This document shows, piece after piece, positions 8,898 to 17,632 of a stretch of DNA of 64,000 nucleotides (positions within the stretch are counted from its first letter, which is position 1; the number at the start of each line of letters is the position of its first letter). The position numbers were made by a program, and so were the translations under genes. A model generated the notes under the pieces. It saw only the letters and a program-made list of their open reading frames with translations. It was not told where the DNA came from and searched no databases. The stretch comes from Desulfobacteraceae bacterium RAAP-1 (GTDB lineage Bacteria; Desulfobacterota; Desulfobacteria; Desulfobacterales; Desulfatirhabdiaceae): the NCBI GenBank assembly GCA_001443525.1, contig LKPX01000006.1:47-64046 (forward strand). The letters run 5' to 3'.

Positions 8898-9021
8898 GAC
8901 GACTTCGTAAAAAGCCCGCATGCTGCGTTGCGCTGCATCCTTCGTCGTTGCGGCGCACCCAAAGTACGCCTCACTCCTCAGGCTTTGCGCGCCTTGCCTG
9001 CGAACTTTTTACAAAGTCGTC
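8898..9021. mobile_element. MITE/REP-like palindromic element, full-length copy 1 (most diverged)
   Basis: GACGACTTCGTAAAAAGCCCGCATGCTGCGTTGCGC...GCGCGCCTTGCCTGCGAACTTTTTACAAAGTCGTC. It has terminal inverted repeats and aligns along its whole length to the copies at 18665 and 21789. It abuts the stop codon of the 9022-9945 gene. Confidence 0.8.
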
Positions 9022-9945
9022 TCAAAAATCAACTTTTTTATTTAAATCGGGATGTGAAATCTGAAACGTCTTGTAACGCGAAATCCGGGAATGCCGCAAA
9101 TCAGCATACGCCTCCACCTCCGGCGCATAGTGATATCCCACAATAAAAGGAACGATGTCACCCTTCAATACCCCTTGCAGCCGATGGAGCATTTTGTCGA
9201 ACCTGTCAAAATCTTTTTTCCCGGGCTGCGCCTTGCACTCACCGATCAAAAAAACCGGCTGGCTGTCTTTGACGCCTTCCACATAAAGATTGACCTCATC
9301 GTACTTGCCGTCAGGATACATTACGTTGCGCCTGTCCACGCTGAGCACTTCGATGCCGTATTGCCGCAATACAAAATTCCGGAGATCCGGCATAATCCTG
9401 TCCTCAATCCCATATCCCACCGACATGGAAAGCCCGCCCAGCTGCACGGCCATATTTTTCTGATTCCCGGCAAGCGCCCGCACCGATTTTTCCGTCCGCT
9501 CCTGCGCCTCCGCCAGCCTTTCAAGACGGGCATCCGTGCGCTTCTGCGCCCCTGTCAGCTCCTTCTGTGCTTCGGTCAGCTCTGCAACGCGCTGCTCTGT
9601 ACGCTCCTGCGCTTCGGTCAGCTTCTTCTGCGCCTCCGTGAGTTCACCCACACGCTGCTCTGTTCGATCCTGCGCCTCGGTCAGTTTCTTCTGCGCCTCC
9701 GTCAGTTCACGCATACGCTGCTCTGTCCGATCTTGCGCCTCGGTCAGCTTCTCGAGGCAGGCATCCGTCCGATCCTGAACCTCAACGGACCGGCGCAGCA
9801 CATCTTTCATCTCATTGAAATCCTTGCGATCCAAAGTAATAATCCGTGTCTTTACTTCAACTTCATTCATCAAGTACAGAAACAGACTTTTCAGTTTTGG
9901 ATCCACTTCGTCCACTTGTCGAATAAAATCAGCACTGAGAGTCAT
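9022..9945 (-). CDS. Coiled-coil repeat protein with a C-terminal PD-(D/E)xK nuclease-like domain (DUF3782-like architecture)
   Basis: N-terminal LTEAQDRTEQRxxELTEAQKK repeats. The C-terminal region GIEDRI...YDEVNLYVEG...FLIGECKAQ fits the E...D...ExK restriction-endonuclease-fold signature. There is no signal peptide. Confidence 0.65.
   Translation of the reverse strand: MTLSADFIRQVDEVDPKLKSLFLYLMNEVEVKTRIITLDRKDFNEMKDVLRRSVEVQDRTDACLEKLTEAQDRTEQRMRELTEAQKKLTEAQDRTEQRVGELTEAQKKLTEAQERTEQRVAELTEAQKELTGAQKRTDARLERLAEAQERTEKSVRALAGNQKNMAVQLGGLSMSVGYGIEDRIMPDLRNFVLRQYGIEVLSVDRRNVMYPDGKYDEVNLYVEGVKDSQPVFLIGECKAQPGKKDFDRFDKMLHRLQGVLKGDIVPFIVGYHYAPEVEAYADLRHSRISRYKTFQISHPDLNKKVDF
9559..9747 (-). 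repeat. 3 x 63-bp in-frame tandem repeat (21-aa unit LTEAQDRTEQRMRELTEAQKK), with degenerate copies on both flanks
   Basis: Protein residues 67-129 are three near-identical 21-aa units. The DNA repeat is visible across 9540-9760. Confidence 0.85.
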
Positions 9946-9987
9946 GAATACCCCCTTATTTCGGAAAAAGAAGCTGCCGATACAGGG

Positions 9988-10503
9988 TCAATTTTTGGGC
10001 TTTTCCCCCGGATAATCCTGCACAGGTTTGAATATTTTCATCACGACCCGCTCACCGGTTACAGCATCCACAAGCGTCACCACGTCAGACTGAATCCGCT
10101 GCACCGTAAATCCTGCGACAATCCCCCCTGTAATCAATTTAACGGCCTCAGTTTTGGATGTTTTTTTAGATACCTTGTCAATTACCGTAAACCGCTGCTG
10201 AGGCGATATAAAAATACCCCGTACCCGCAATATAAAAGCATCAAGCCCCTTCTCATTCACCGGCGATGGCGGCGGTGGAGGGCTTGGCGCCTTTACCACA
10301 ACCGGCTTTGGTTTTGAATCAAACAGATTGCGTTCATCAGCCCCCCAGGTTTGAGTCGCCTTAGAGACGGAAATCCATTTGACGGTATGTTCTGAGACAG
10401 TTCCCAAATTCGTCGAGGATACCTGACGCCACATGGAATGCAGATTGTACGACAAGATCAGCACCAGGAATACATTGACGGCGTAAACGGCTTTATTGAA
10501 CAT
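9988..10503 (-). CDS. PilP / GspC(HR-domain)-like inner-membrane-anchored secretin-interacting protein
   Basis: N-terminal TM, a proline-rich linker (KAPSPPPPPSP), and a small beta-rich C-terminal domain (GIFISPQQRFTVID...GFTVQRIQSDVVTLVD). It sits after the GspM-like gene. Confidence 0.5.
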   Translation of the reverse strand: MFNKAVYAVNVFLVLILSYNLHSMWRQVSSTNLGTVSEHTVKWISVSKATQTWGADERNLFDSKPKPVVVKAPSPPPPPSPVNEKGLDAFILRVRGIFISPQQRFTVIDKVSKKTSKTEAVKLITGGIVAGFTVQRIQSDVVTLVDAVTGERVVMKIFKPVQDYPGEKPKN

Positions 10504-11071
10504 GAGATGATTTTTTCACCGCTGAAAGCGCTTTCTTTTTAGGGATTCCGTACGAAGATATATCCATTTCTACGATCAATGGCTCAGAAGTGGGTCTGGC
10601 CGTTATCCGCATGATATCCACCGAATAAAAAAACGGGTCATTTTCAATATCATACAGAATTTTATAGAGCCTGTCAGGAACCACTTCCATCCGCACTTTA
10701 AGGGGCGCCTGGGTTACATCCCCCTCGGAAACAGAAAGCCAGTCCATATTCATAATTTTGGCTCCCGCTTCCGAACAAATCTTTTCAAGCTTTTTCTGAA
10801 GCCCCAGTTGCAGCGCCCGGTTATCCGCATATCCCGACTGATAATATTTCTCAACTTCTTTAATCTGTGATTCAGCCGATTGCCATGTCTTCCGGATTTC
10901 ATCGGTATGACTCAGCAGGTCTTTTTTCCGCGCCACAGACCGGTTCAGTTTCTGGACATGCACTACCACTGCATCCCGCCACTCATAGAGCGGGAGCAAC
11001 CCATACTGCACCACTAAAAGCAGGAGAAAGCCTGCAACAGCAAGTTTATATTTCAGAGACAACTGTGTCAT
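10493..11071 (-). CDS. GspM/PilO-like bitopic assembly-platform protein
   Basis: 192 aa with an N-terminal TM (LAVAGFLLLLVVQYGLL), a coiled coil and an alpha/beta C-terminal domain. It overlaps the GspL-like gene by 4 nt. Confidence 0.55.
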   Translation of the reverse strand: MTQLSLKYKLAVAGFLLLLVVQYGLLPLYEWRDAVVVHVQKLNRSVARKKDLLSHTDEIRKTWQSAESQIKEVEKYYQSGYADNRALQLGLQKKLEKICSEAGAKIMNMDWLSVSEGDVTQAPLKVRMEVVPDRLYKILYDIENDPFFYSVDIMRITARPTSEPLIVEMDISSYGIPKKKALSAVKKSSHVQ

Positions 11072-12222
11072 TTTTTACCATTGAATTCAAAACTCAATAT
11101 AAACACATCCCGCCCCGTCTTGTTTTCTTTCCGCACCGGAGAAATAAACTGAGCGTTCTGTATTCCCTGGGTCTGGGATAACACCGTCAACAACGCCGTT
11201 GCGCTGGGCGCCTGGCCATGGATTTCCACACGTGTGTCTGAAATGGCCATCTGGGTAATGCGGGTTTCCGCAGGCATCACCTTTTGCAGCAGCGTCATGA
11301 GCAGATATTTAGACACATACGCATTGATCGGAGCCGCAAGAGCTTTCTGCTTTTTGATTGCCATATCTATCTGACGCTGCTTTTCAATCCATTCAACGCT
11401 TTGCGCCGAAACAGCGGCTTCTTCTTTTTGAAGATGCTTTTCAACCGCATAGGGAATAGATACCGTCAGGAGCGTATATATCACAAAAAGAGCGGCCGCG
11501 CTATAACCTCCCCGTTTCAGCGCGCGGGAGTCCAGCGTCATTGTATAGGGGTTTGCATTGATAAACGGATACAGCCCATTAACGGGCAGACTGCCAATGG
11601 TTTCAGACAAAAACGCGGCATAGTCTTTCAAACCCGTTATCCGGACCACCGGACTGCCGGTGGCGTCCTTTCCAATAATCCTGCGAAACGCTTCCACATC
11701 CATGGTATCGCCGCCTGAACGGACACTTTGAACCGCTCCGTTTTTTCCGATCCATGCCAGAAAAGAATGAAGCCCCAGTGCGACCTCGTAAATCTGAGAT
11801 GTCTGACAGGCATGAAAGGCCAGGAGGGCTGTTTCCGGAATGACCAGAGAAACAAGCTGTTTTTCCATAATCTGTGCGGCTTCAGATGAAATAAGCCAGA
11901 TATTGGCCGCAGCGCCGTCTCCGGTTTGATGCAGTTTCCGGACACAGCACCGTGTTGAAGGAAACGGCGTATAGTCGTTTTTATCCAGCAGCACGGCTGA
12001 TTTGATTTCCTTAGCCCGGGTGAAAGGAAAATGCCTGATGGTTTCAAAATAATGCATCTTTCCCAGCACCATGACCCGTGCATCACGGATATCCTTTTCG
12101 GATGCAGTCTCACACGCTCCCCTGCCATCCATCGTCAGAATCTGATCGCCCACATACAGAATCCGGCCGGCCAGCCACCGGGTCACATACTTTCCCAGAT
12201 GTATCGATTCCATTTCAATCAA
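11068..12222 (-). CDS. GspL-like (PilM-PilN fusion-like) assembly-platform protein
   Basis: A cytoplasmic domain of roughly 235 aa, one TM (YSAAALFVIYTLLTVSIPYAV) and a periplasmic PilN-like domain. It lies between the GspK and GspM-like genes. Confidence 0.55.
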   Translation of the reverse strand: MIEMESIHLGKYVTRWLAGRILYVGDQILTMDGRGACETASEKDIRDARVMVLGKMHYFETIRHFPFTRAKEIKSAVLLDKNDYTPFPSTRCCVRKLHQTGDGAAANIWLISSEAAQIMEKQLVSLVIPETALLAFHACQTSQIYEVALGLHSFLAWIGKNGAVQSVRSGGDTMDVEAFRRIIGKDATGSPVVRITGLKDYAAFLSETIGSLPVNGLYPFINANPYTMTLDSRALKRGGYSAAALFVIYTLLTVSIPYAVEKHLQKEEAAVSAQSVEWIEKQRQIDMAIKKQKALAAPINAYVSKYLLMTLLQKVMPAETRITQMAISDTRVEIHGQAPSATALLTVLSQTQGIQNAQFISPVRKENKTGRDVFILSFEFNGKK

Positions 12223-12266
12223 TCCGCTCTATCCTCATGCACCTGCATCCGTATCTCCCCCGAAAC

Positions 12267-13181
12267 CTATCGCTTCCATTCCAGCACCATATACGGCCGC
12301 AATCGGGTTTCACGCTTGTCGATCACGGCTTCGATCCTGTCGATGGCCTTGTTCTGCTGCGCTGTCACATTCACCTTGACGAGGCTGGAAGGCCCGAACA
12401 TAACGGTGTCGCTGCGCTGGATACCCGTCAGCCCCCTAAAATAGCTTCCGGTCAATGTGTGTTCACTGCGCATCTTCAACAGGGCGGCAACGGTTTTATC
12501 GTTTTGCAGCAGCCCCTGAAGCAGCCTGGGGCTCATGGTCAAATAATTGATGTGATCGCTTCCCCAGTATGTAAGATCACCCCGGACAGCATCAAACAGC
12601 GAACTGTCAAACCCCATGATCAGACGGATTTCATCAACCGTCTGAATATAAAAATTCCGCGGCGCATACGGATACCCGGCCGCCTCGTAATCCCACGCTT
12701 CCGCGCCATTTAAATGTTTTAAATCATCGCGATCCTGCCAATCCGCCAGTTTATCCATGAATGAATTGATTTCCGATGTCGTTGCGGAGGTTCCAGCCAG
12801 AAGCGCCGCCAGATATCGGGGCTGCGTCACCGGAGACACCATGCCGGCCACATCCTGAAGCCGGACCGACACCGAATCATCCAGCGCGATCGGCTCTCCG
12901 TAAAGATTCCAGATTTTCCACTTGCCGTCCGGCAGGTAAATCTTGATGCCCGTCGATGTGAAATTGGACGTCAGGATGTTATATATCGTCTCGTTCATGG
13001 CCGAATACGATTTGAGTCGCGCCAGGCCCTGGTCTCTTAATTCGGAAATAACGGCGATTTTATGACGCATCGAAAAAGCAATGCTGAGCGTCATGATCAT
13101 GATAATCATGGAAATGGCCATCACCATCGGCAGCGCATATCCTTTCTGATTCATGATAACGGATGCACCCTGAGCTGACAT
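12267..13181 (-). CDS. gspK: Minor pseudopilin GspK-like
   Basis: Hydrophobic N-terminus KGYALPMVMAISMIIMIMTL without Glu5. GspK-type core DWQDRDDLKHLNGAEAWDYEAAGYPYAPRNFYIQTVDEIRLIMGF. Confidence 0.75.
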   Translation of the reverse strand: MSAQGASVIMNQKGYALPMVMAISMIIMIMTLSIAFSMRHKIAVISELRDQGLARLKSYSAMNETIYNILTSNFTSTGIKIYLPDGKWKIWNLYGEPIALDDSVSVRLQDVAGMVSPVTQPRYLAALLAGTSATTSEINSFMDKLADWQDRDDLKHLNGAEAWDYEAAGYPYAPRNFYIQTVDEIRLIMGFDSSLFDAVRGDLTYWGSDHINYLTMSPRLLQGLLQNDKTVAALLKMRSEHTLTGSYFRGLTGIQRSDTVMFGPSSLVKVNVTAQQNKAIDRIEAVIDKRETRLRPYMVLEWKR

Positions 13182-13915
13182 CAGAACTCTCGCTGAAAAA
13201 AAGGCGCCTTGAACGGGTTCAGCGCCTTGACCGGCAGTGTCATCACCGTATCGCCGGAGTCGCTGGATATGGTCATTTCAATGATTTCAGGAACCGCTTT
13301 CCGGTCTTTTCCATAATATTCCGTCAGCCAGCGGTACTCGGCCTCAAAATCCATGGTCGCATCGTTGAAATGATAGGTCCACACCCCGTAGTAACGGATA
13401 TGAAACGCCTTCACGTTCTCAAACAAGACGATCTGGTGCGCATACTCCGGAACGCTGTCTTCATACCGGATATACTGGTGCAAAAGCGGTGTCTCCTCAT
13501 ATACCAGATTCCGGGCGCCGGATTTGGTTTCAACCAGACGGATCCGGGCCGACGCGGAAATCCCCTGTTCAAAAACCGATGACAGTGTGACAAACGCCAC
13601 GGAATGGTCCGTCCCGATAAAATAGGGATAATGAACACCGTTAAGTTCACTGGTCGGATCCGTAACGTAATAGTCACAGATGGATTCCACCGCATCGCGG
13701 CACAGGATATGATTCCGGTACAGCTCCAGCGATCGCGTGTCCGACAGCCTGCCCTTGCGCCATGACTCGCCGAAAAACGAGTATGCGGTCAGTGCCAGAT
13801 AAATCATGAGGGTCAGGATCGTTGTCGCCACCAGGACTTCGATCAGGGTGAAGCCCCGTTCATCATCTGCGGCAGCGGCCTGTTGAGCTGCACGGCCTGC
13901 GTATTCTGAAAACAT
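13181..13915 (-). CDS. Prepilin-type N-terminal cleavage/methylation domain protein (GspJ-like pseudopilin)
   Basis: Motif ERGFTLIEVLVATTILTLM. The only in-frame start gives a 20-aa leader and a 73-nt overlap with the upstream gene. Confidence 0.7.
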   Translation of the reverse strand: MFSEYAGRAAQQAAAADDERGFTLIEVLVATTILTLMIYLALTAYSFFGESWRKGRLSDTRSLELYRNHILCRDAVESICDYYVTDPTSELNGVHYPYFIGTDHSVAFVTLSSVFEQGISASARIRLVETKSGARNLVYEETPLLHQYIRYEDSVPEYAHQIVLFENVKAFHIRYYGVWTYHFNDATMDFEAEYRWLTEYYGKDRKAVPEIIEMTISSDSGDTVMTLPVKALNPFKAPFFQREF

Positions 13916-14343
13916 GCCAGTTCCTGATATTCGTAGGGAAATACGTGCTCCTTGCCGTTCGATGTGCGGGTGAGTTTCACCGTTACGGTTTTCATCGCCA
14001 CATCGAACCGGCCATACTCCATGCCGCCTGTCGTCTCGCTGAACTCGCTCAGGATGTCGGGCGACGACTTGGTTTCAACGGCGGACCATTCATAGGTGAT
14101 GTTCGGCCCGTAATGCCCGCTTCCCTTGTTCTCGTGGTTCGACAGATCGGCCTTGATATTTTCAACGATGGACGGCAGCGCATCCGAAGCAGCGATAACC
14201 GCCGCAGACTTGTCGATGACACGAACAGACGCCCTGTGCGCCACAGCCCCGATCACCAGCGCCGCAAACAGGATAACCGCGGCAATGATGACCTCAATGA
14301 GGGTAAAGCCGCGCGAATCTCGTAAAACACCGGACAGCATCAT
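13843..14343 (-). CDS. Prepilin-type pseudopilin (GspI-like)
   Basis: Motif SRGFTLIEVIIAAVILFAAL. I moved the start to the ATG at 14341-14343 (MMLSGVLRDSRGFTLIEV), directly after the upstream stop at 14345-14347. The longer ORF-track start at 14442 would overlap the upstream gene by about 100 nt. Confidence 0.7.
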   Translation of the reverse strand: MMLSGVLRDSRGFTLIEVIIAAVILFAALVIGAVAHRASVRVIDKSAAVIAASDALPSIVENIKADLSNHENKGSGHYGPNITYEWSAVETKSSPDILSEFSETTGGMEYGRFDVAMKTVTVKLTRTSNGKEHVFPYEYQELACFQNTQAVQLNRPLPQMMNGASP

Positions 14344-14344
14344 C

Positions 14345-14737
14345 TTACCACACGCCATCGGAGCCGTTTTCCATCGTTTTGGCATCGGAGCTGCCGGCAG
14401 CCAGATACCGTATCTGCCGCAAATCTGCAAAGCCGTGCCCATTCACCGTGTATTCCTGAGGCGGAAACGTGATATACGCAAAATCAACCTGTCCCCCGCC
14501 GTCTTTTACCAGAAAGACATTGCGGTCCAGCTTGACCGTATAGGCGGTGTCGCGGAAAAAGGCTTTCATCCGGACATCCGACAGAAGGTCAGACAGCCTG
14601 CGTTCTTCCACCGTAACCTTGAAATTTTCATACGATCGAATCATGTTGGGCGTAACCAGTGAAATCCCCAGCGCCGCGATGGCCATCACCACCAGGAGCT
14701 CTATCAGCGTAAAGCCATGATCAGAAGTTGATGTCAT
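14345..14737 (-). CDS. Prepilin-type pseudopilin (GspH/GspG-like)
   Basis: Motif DHGFTLIELLVVMAIAALGISL. I moved the start to the ATG at 14735-14737 (MTSTSDHGFTLIELL). Confidence 0.7.
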   Translation of the reverse strand: MTSTSDHGFTLIELLVVMAIAALGISLVTPNMIRSYENFKVTVEERRLSDLLSDVRMKAFFRDTAYTVKLDRNVFLVKDGGGQVDFAYITFPPQEYTVNGHGFADLRQIRYLAAGSSDAKTMENGSDGVW

Positions 14738-15938
14738 TGACCGATACGATACTGAGCAGCATGACCACCACCACCGAACCGACAATCAGCCCCATGACCA
14801 GAATCATGACCGGTTCCAGCAGGGTGATCATGCCGTTGAGCCGCTGCTCGTAATTGTCTTTGAAACGGTTTTCCATATCCGTGAAAATTTCCATCAGATT
14901 GCCGGTCTGCTCGCCCACCTCAATGACACCGATGTAAATATCCGGCAGAAAACCGGTTCTGGCAAGGGATTCACTCAGTTTTTTACCCTGCCGGACATCA
15001 TCGCGGGCGGATTGCAGCTGCTTCTGAAGCCGATGATTACCGACGGAGCGAATGGCATAATTGAGCGCGTCCACCAGCAGAACACCGCTTTTCAGCAAAA
15101 TCGCCATCGAGGAGACGAAGCGGAGATTTTCGAGGGCATAGGACAGATACCGCAGCACCGGGATTTTGATCAGGAGCATATCCACCGCCACCCTGATGAA
15201 ATAGATCCGTTTCATCTGCCGGAGCCACAGGGGAATTCCCACCACCAGCGCCAGTATCCACCACTGATACTGCGTAAAATAGCGGCTGGCCGTCAGAAGG
15301 ATGCTGGTATAAACGGGCAATGACTTCATCCCGGCGAACAGCACTTCAAACTTGGGCACAACAAAATTAAAAATAAACACGATGGACATCACGCACACCA
15401 TGAAAATCACGGCGGGATAAATCAGAGCCTGCTGCGTTTTGGCGCGGAGATTCTTGCGAAACGCCAGACTCAGCGCAATCTGCCCGAACGCATCAGCCAG
15501 TTTTCCGGTCGCCTCGCCGATGGAAGCAATGCTGATATACATGGGGTCGAAAATATCCGGAAATTTTTCCAGTGCGCGGGAAAGGGGCAGCCCGGACCGG
15601 ATATCATTATGAATCTGCGTCGCCGCCCGCTTGAATTTCAAATTGCGGATGGTCTTGACGGTGGTTCCCAGCGCCTTGTCCACCCGGATGCCGTTTTTCA
15701 GCAGCAGCGACATCTGGGATGAAAAAAACTCGACATCCGACAGCCCGGGTTTGATACGTTGAAATATCCGGAACTGAAGCGATATTCGCGTCTCCAAAGC
15801 GGACGGGGATTCCAGCTTTATCGGAACCAGCCCCAGCTCCTTGATTTTTGACTGCGCGGACGCGAGGTTGACCGCCGATATTTCGCCCTGACGCCTGACG
15901 CCCGACGAGTCATATGCCGTGTAATTGTACTGCTGCAT
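14721..15938 (-). CDS. gspF: Type II secretion / type IV pilus platform protein GspF/PilC family
   Basis: 405 aa with the duplicated T2SSF architecture, three TM regions and the typical C-terminus LLEPVMILVMGLIVGSVVVVMLLSI. It shares 1 nt with the gspE stop. Confidence 0.9.
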   Translation of the reverse strand: MQQYNYTAYDSSGVRRQGEISAVNLASAQSKIKELGLVPIKLESPSALETRISLQFRIFQRIKPGLSDVEFFSSQMSLLLKNGIRVDKALGTTVKTIRNLKFKRAATQIHNDIRSGLPLSRALEKFPDIFDPMYISIASIGEATGKLADAFGQIALSLAFRKNLRAKTQQALIYPAVIFMVCVMSIVFIFNFVVPKFEVLFAGMKSLPVYTSILLTASRYFTQYQWWILALVVGIPLWLRQMKRIYFIRVAVDMLLIKIPVLRYLSYALENLRFVSSMAILLKSGVLLVDALNYAIRSVGNHRLQKQLQSARDDVRQGKKLSESLARTGFLPDIYIGVIEVGEQTGNLMEIFTDMENRFKDNYEQRLNGMITLLEPVMILVMGLIVGSVVVVMLLSIVSVNDINF

Positions 15939-17620
15939 CAGCCCGCTACCCGCAGAACCTCATCAAGGGTAGTAACCCCTTTGATACATTTTAAAAATCC
16001 ATCTTCAGAAAGATTCCGGATCCCGGCCTCAGACATGTACCGCTTGGCTTCCATGGGAAACGCGGAATTTTTGGGAAGCATCTTGATTTCCGGCGTGCAC
16101 CGCAGATATTCCATGATGCCCACCCGGCCCTTGTAACCGGTATGGTTGCAGGAAGGGCACCCGACCGCCGTCTTGATCTCGATTTTATCCACATGATATT
16201 TTTCCGCAATCGCATCCAGCGCGAATGTTTCAATGGCCGCGCTGTCGGAATCGGCGGGCGCGGCGCAGTCCGTACAGAGCTTTCGCACCAGCCGCTGGGC
16301 GATGACCGATATCATGGAAGAGTTGATCAGATATTCCTGAAGGCCCAGATCGATCAGACGCGTGTAGGCCGTCGGCGCATCGTTGGTATGGAGCGTACTG
16401 AACACCAGATGCCCGGTCAGTGACGACTGCATGGCCACGCGCGCGGTTTCGGAATCCCGGATTTCACCGATCATGATGACATCCGGGTCCTGACGCAGAA
16501 TACTGCGCAGCGCCGTCAAAAAATCATAACCGATATCATGCTGCACCTGAATCTGGTTGATGCCGTTCAGCCGGTATTCCACCGGATCTTCGATGGTAAT
16601 GATCTTTTTATCTTCGCTGTTGATGCTGTTCAGACAGGAATAGAGCGTCGTGGTTTTGCCGCTGCCCGTCGGCCCGGTCAGAAGAATAACGCCTGCTGTT
16701 TTCAGAATATCCTGCTGGAGCATCCCGTTTAAATCCGACTCGATTCCCAGATAATCCAGATTGTAGCTGATGGATTCTTTCACCAGAAAGCGCAGAACGA
16801 GGCTTTCCCCTTCGGCAAGCGGCAGCGTGGAGACACGGATGTCAATGTCTTTGGATGAAACCTTCATGGATATCTGGCCATCCTGCGGCTTTCTTCTTTC
16901 GGCGATATCCATGCCCGACAAAATCTTGATGCGGGATGCGATGGGAAGCTGCATGTTGAGCGGCAGAAAATCGATGTCGTGCAGCATGCCATCAATACGA
17001 AACCGCACCCGGTACATGTTTTTGAACGGCTCGAAATGAAGATCGGAGGCGCCCCGCGTGATGGCGCGGGATATCAGCGTATTCACCAGATTGACGATGG
17101 GCGCCTCGGAAGCCAGCTCCCGCAGCTTATCGACCTCGGCATCCATAAAATCGGACAGTTCCAGAGACGCCATGTCATCCATCTGCCGGGAAGCGTCATA
17201 TTCGCCCTGAAGCTCGCGAAACTGGGATTCCGTGGTCAGAATCGTCTGCCAGGAAACCCCGATATCCCGCAGATACTGAACCACTTCATACTGCAACGGA
17301 TTGACGGCGGCGAACACGATGACACCGGAAGCCCTGTACAAGGGCAGCCAGTTGCGCTGAACCAAAAAAGGATAATTCAGCTTTTCGATGAGCTGCGACG
17401 GTTGAAAATCGAGGCGGCTGCGATCGATATCCGGAAACAGGCCGACTTTCAACTGCACCGAAAGCGCGGATACCAGTGTTTCCTCACTGACAATGCCCAT
17501 GTTCATCAGGATCGAACCGATCAGGCCGCCATATTTATCCTGAAATTTCAATGCCTTTTCAACATCGACCGGTGTTACGCCGTATGATTCCACCAAGATC
17601 TCGCCCAGCAGCATGAACAT
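15938..17620 (-). CDS. gspE: Secretion ATPase GspE/PilB/MshE family with an N-terminal T2SSE_N (MshEN-like) domain
   Basis: Walker A LLTGPTGSGKTTTLYS, Walker B/Asp box IMIGEIRD, a His box, and a C-terminal tetracysteine (CTDC...CPSC). Confidence 0.93.
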   Translation of the reverse strand: MFMLLGEILVESYGVTPVDVEKALKFQDKYGGLIGSILMNMGIVSEETLVSALSVQLKVGLFPDIDRSRLDFQPSQLIEKLNYPFLVQRNWLPLYRASGVIVFAAVNPLQYEVVQYLRDIGVSWQTILTTESQFRELQGEYDASRQMDDMASLELSDFMDAEVDKLRELASEAPIVNLVNTLISRAITRGASDLHFEPFKNMYRVRFRIDGMLHDIDFLPLNMQLPIASRIKILSGMDIAERRKPQDGQISMKVSSKDIDIRVSTLPLAEGESLVLRFLVKESISYNLDYLGIESDLNGMLQQDILKTAGVILLTGPTGSGKTTTLYSCLNSINSEDKKIITIEDPVEYRLNGINQIQVQHDIGYDFLTALRSILRQDPDVIMIGEIRDSETARVAMQSSLTGHLVFSTLHTNDAPTAYTRLIDLGLQEYLINSSMISVIAQRLVRKLCTDCAAPADSDSAAIETFALDAIAEKYHVDKIEIKTAVGCPSCNHTGYKGRVGIMEYLRCTPEIKMLPKNSAFPMEAKRYMSEAGIRNLSEDGFLKCIKGVTTLDEVLRVAG

Positions 17621-17632
17621 CCACTTCCTGTT

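Noticed and set aside
8547-9747. Regularly spaced direct repeats that might suggest a CRISPR array
   Set aside because: The repeats are contiguous with no unique spacers. They are in frame within ORFs and encode heptad or 21-residue coiled-coil units. No cas genes are present.
9091-10317. 408-aa plus-strand ORF spanning the antisense of the coiled-coil/nuclease-like gene and the PilP-like gene
   Set aside because: Its composition is dominated by H/R/L/P/F/C, and it mirrors the repeats of the minus-strand gene. It crosses an intergenic gap of the minus-strand operon and has no recognisable motifs. It is a typical shadow ORF.
13843-14785. Longer ORF-track starts for the two small pseudopilin genes (14442 and 14785)
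   Set aside because: The extensions overlap the upstream genes by about 100 and 65 nt and add W/C/R-rich residues before the prepilin motif. Internal ATGs at 14343 and 14737 give normal short leaders.
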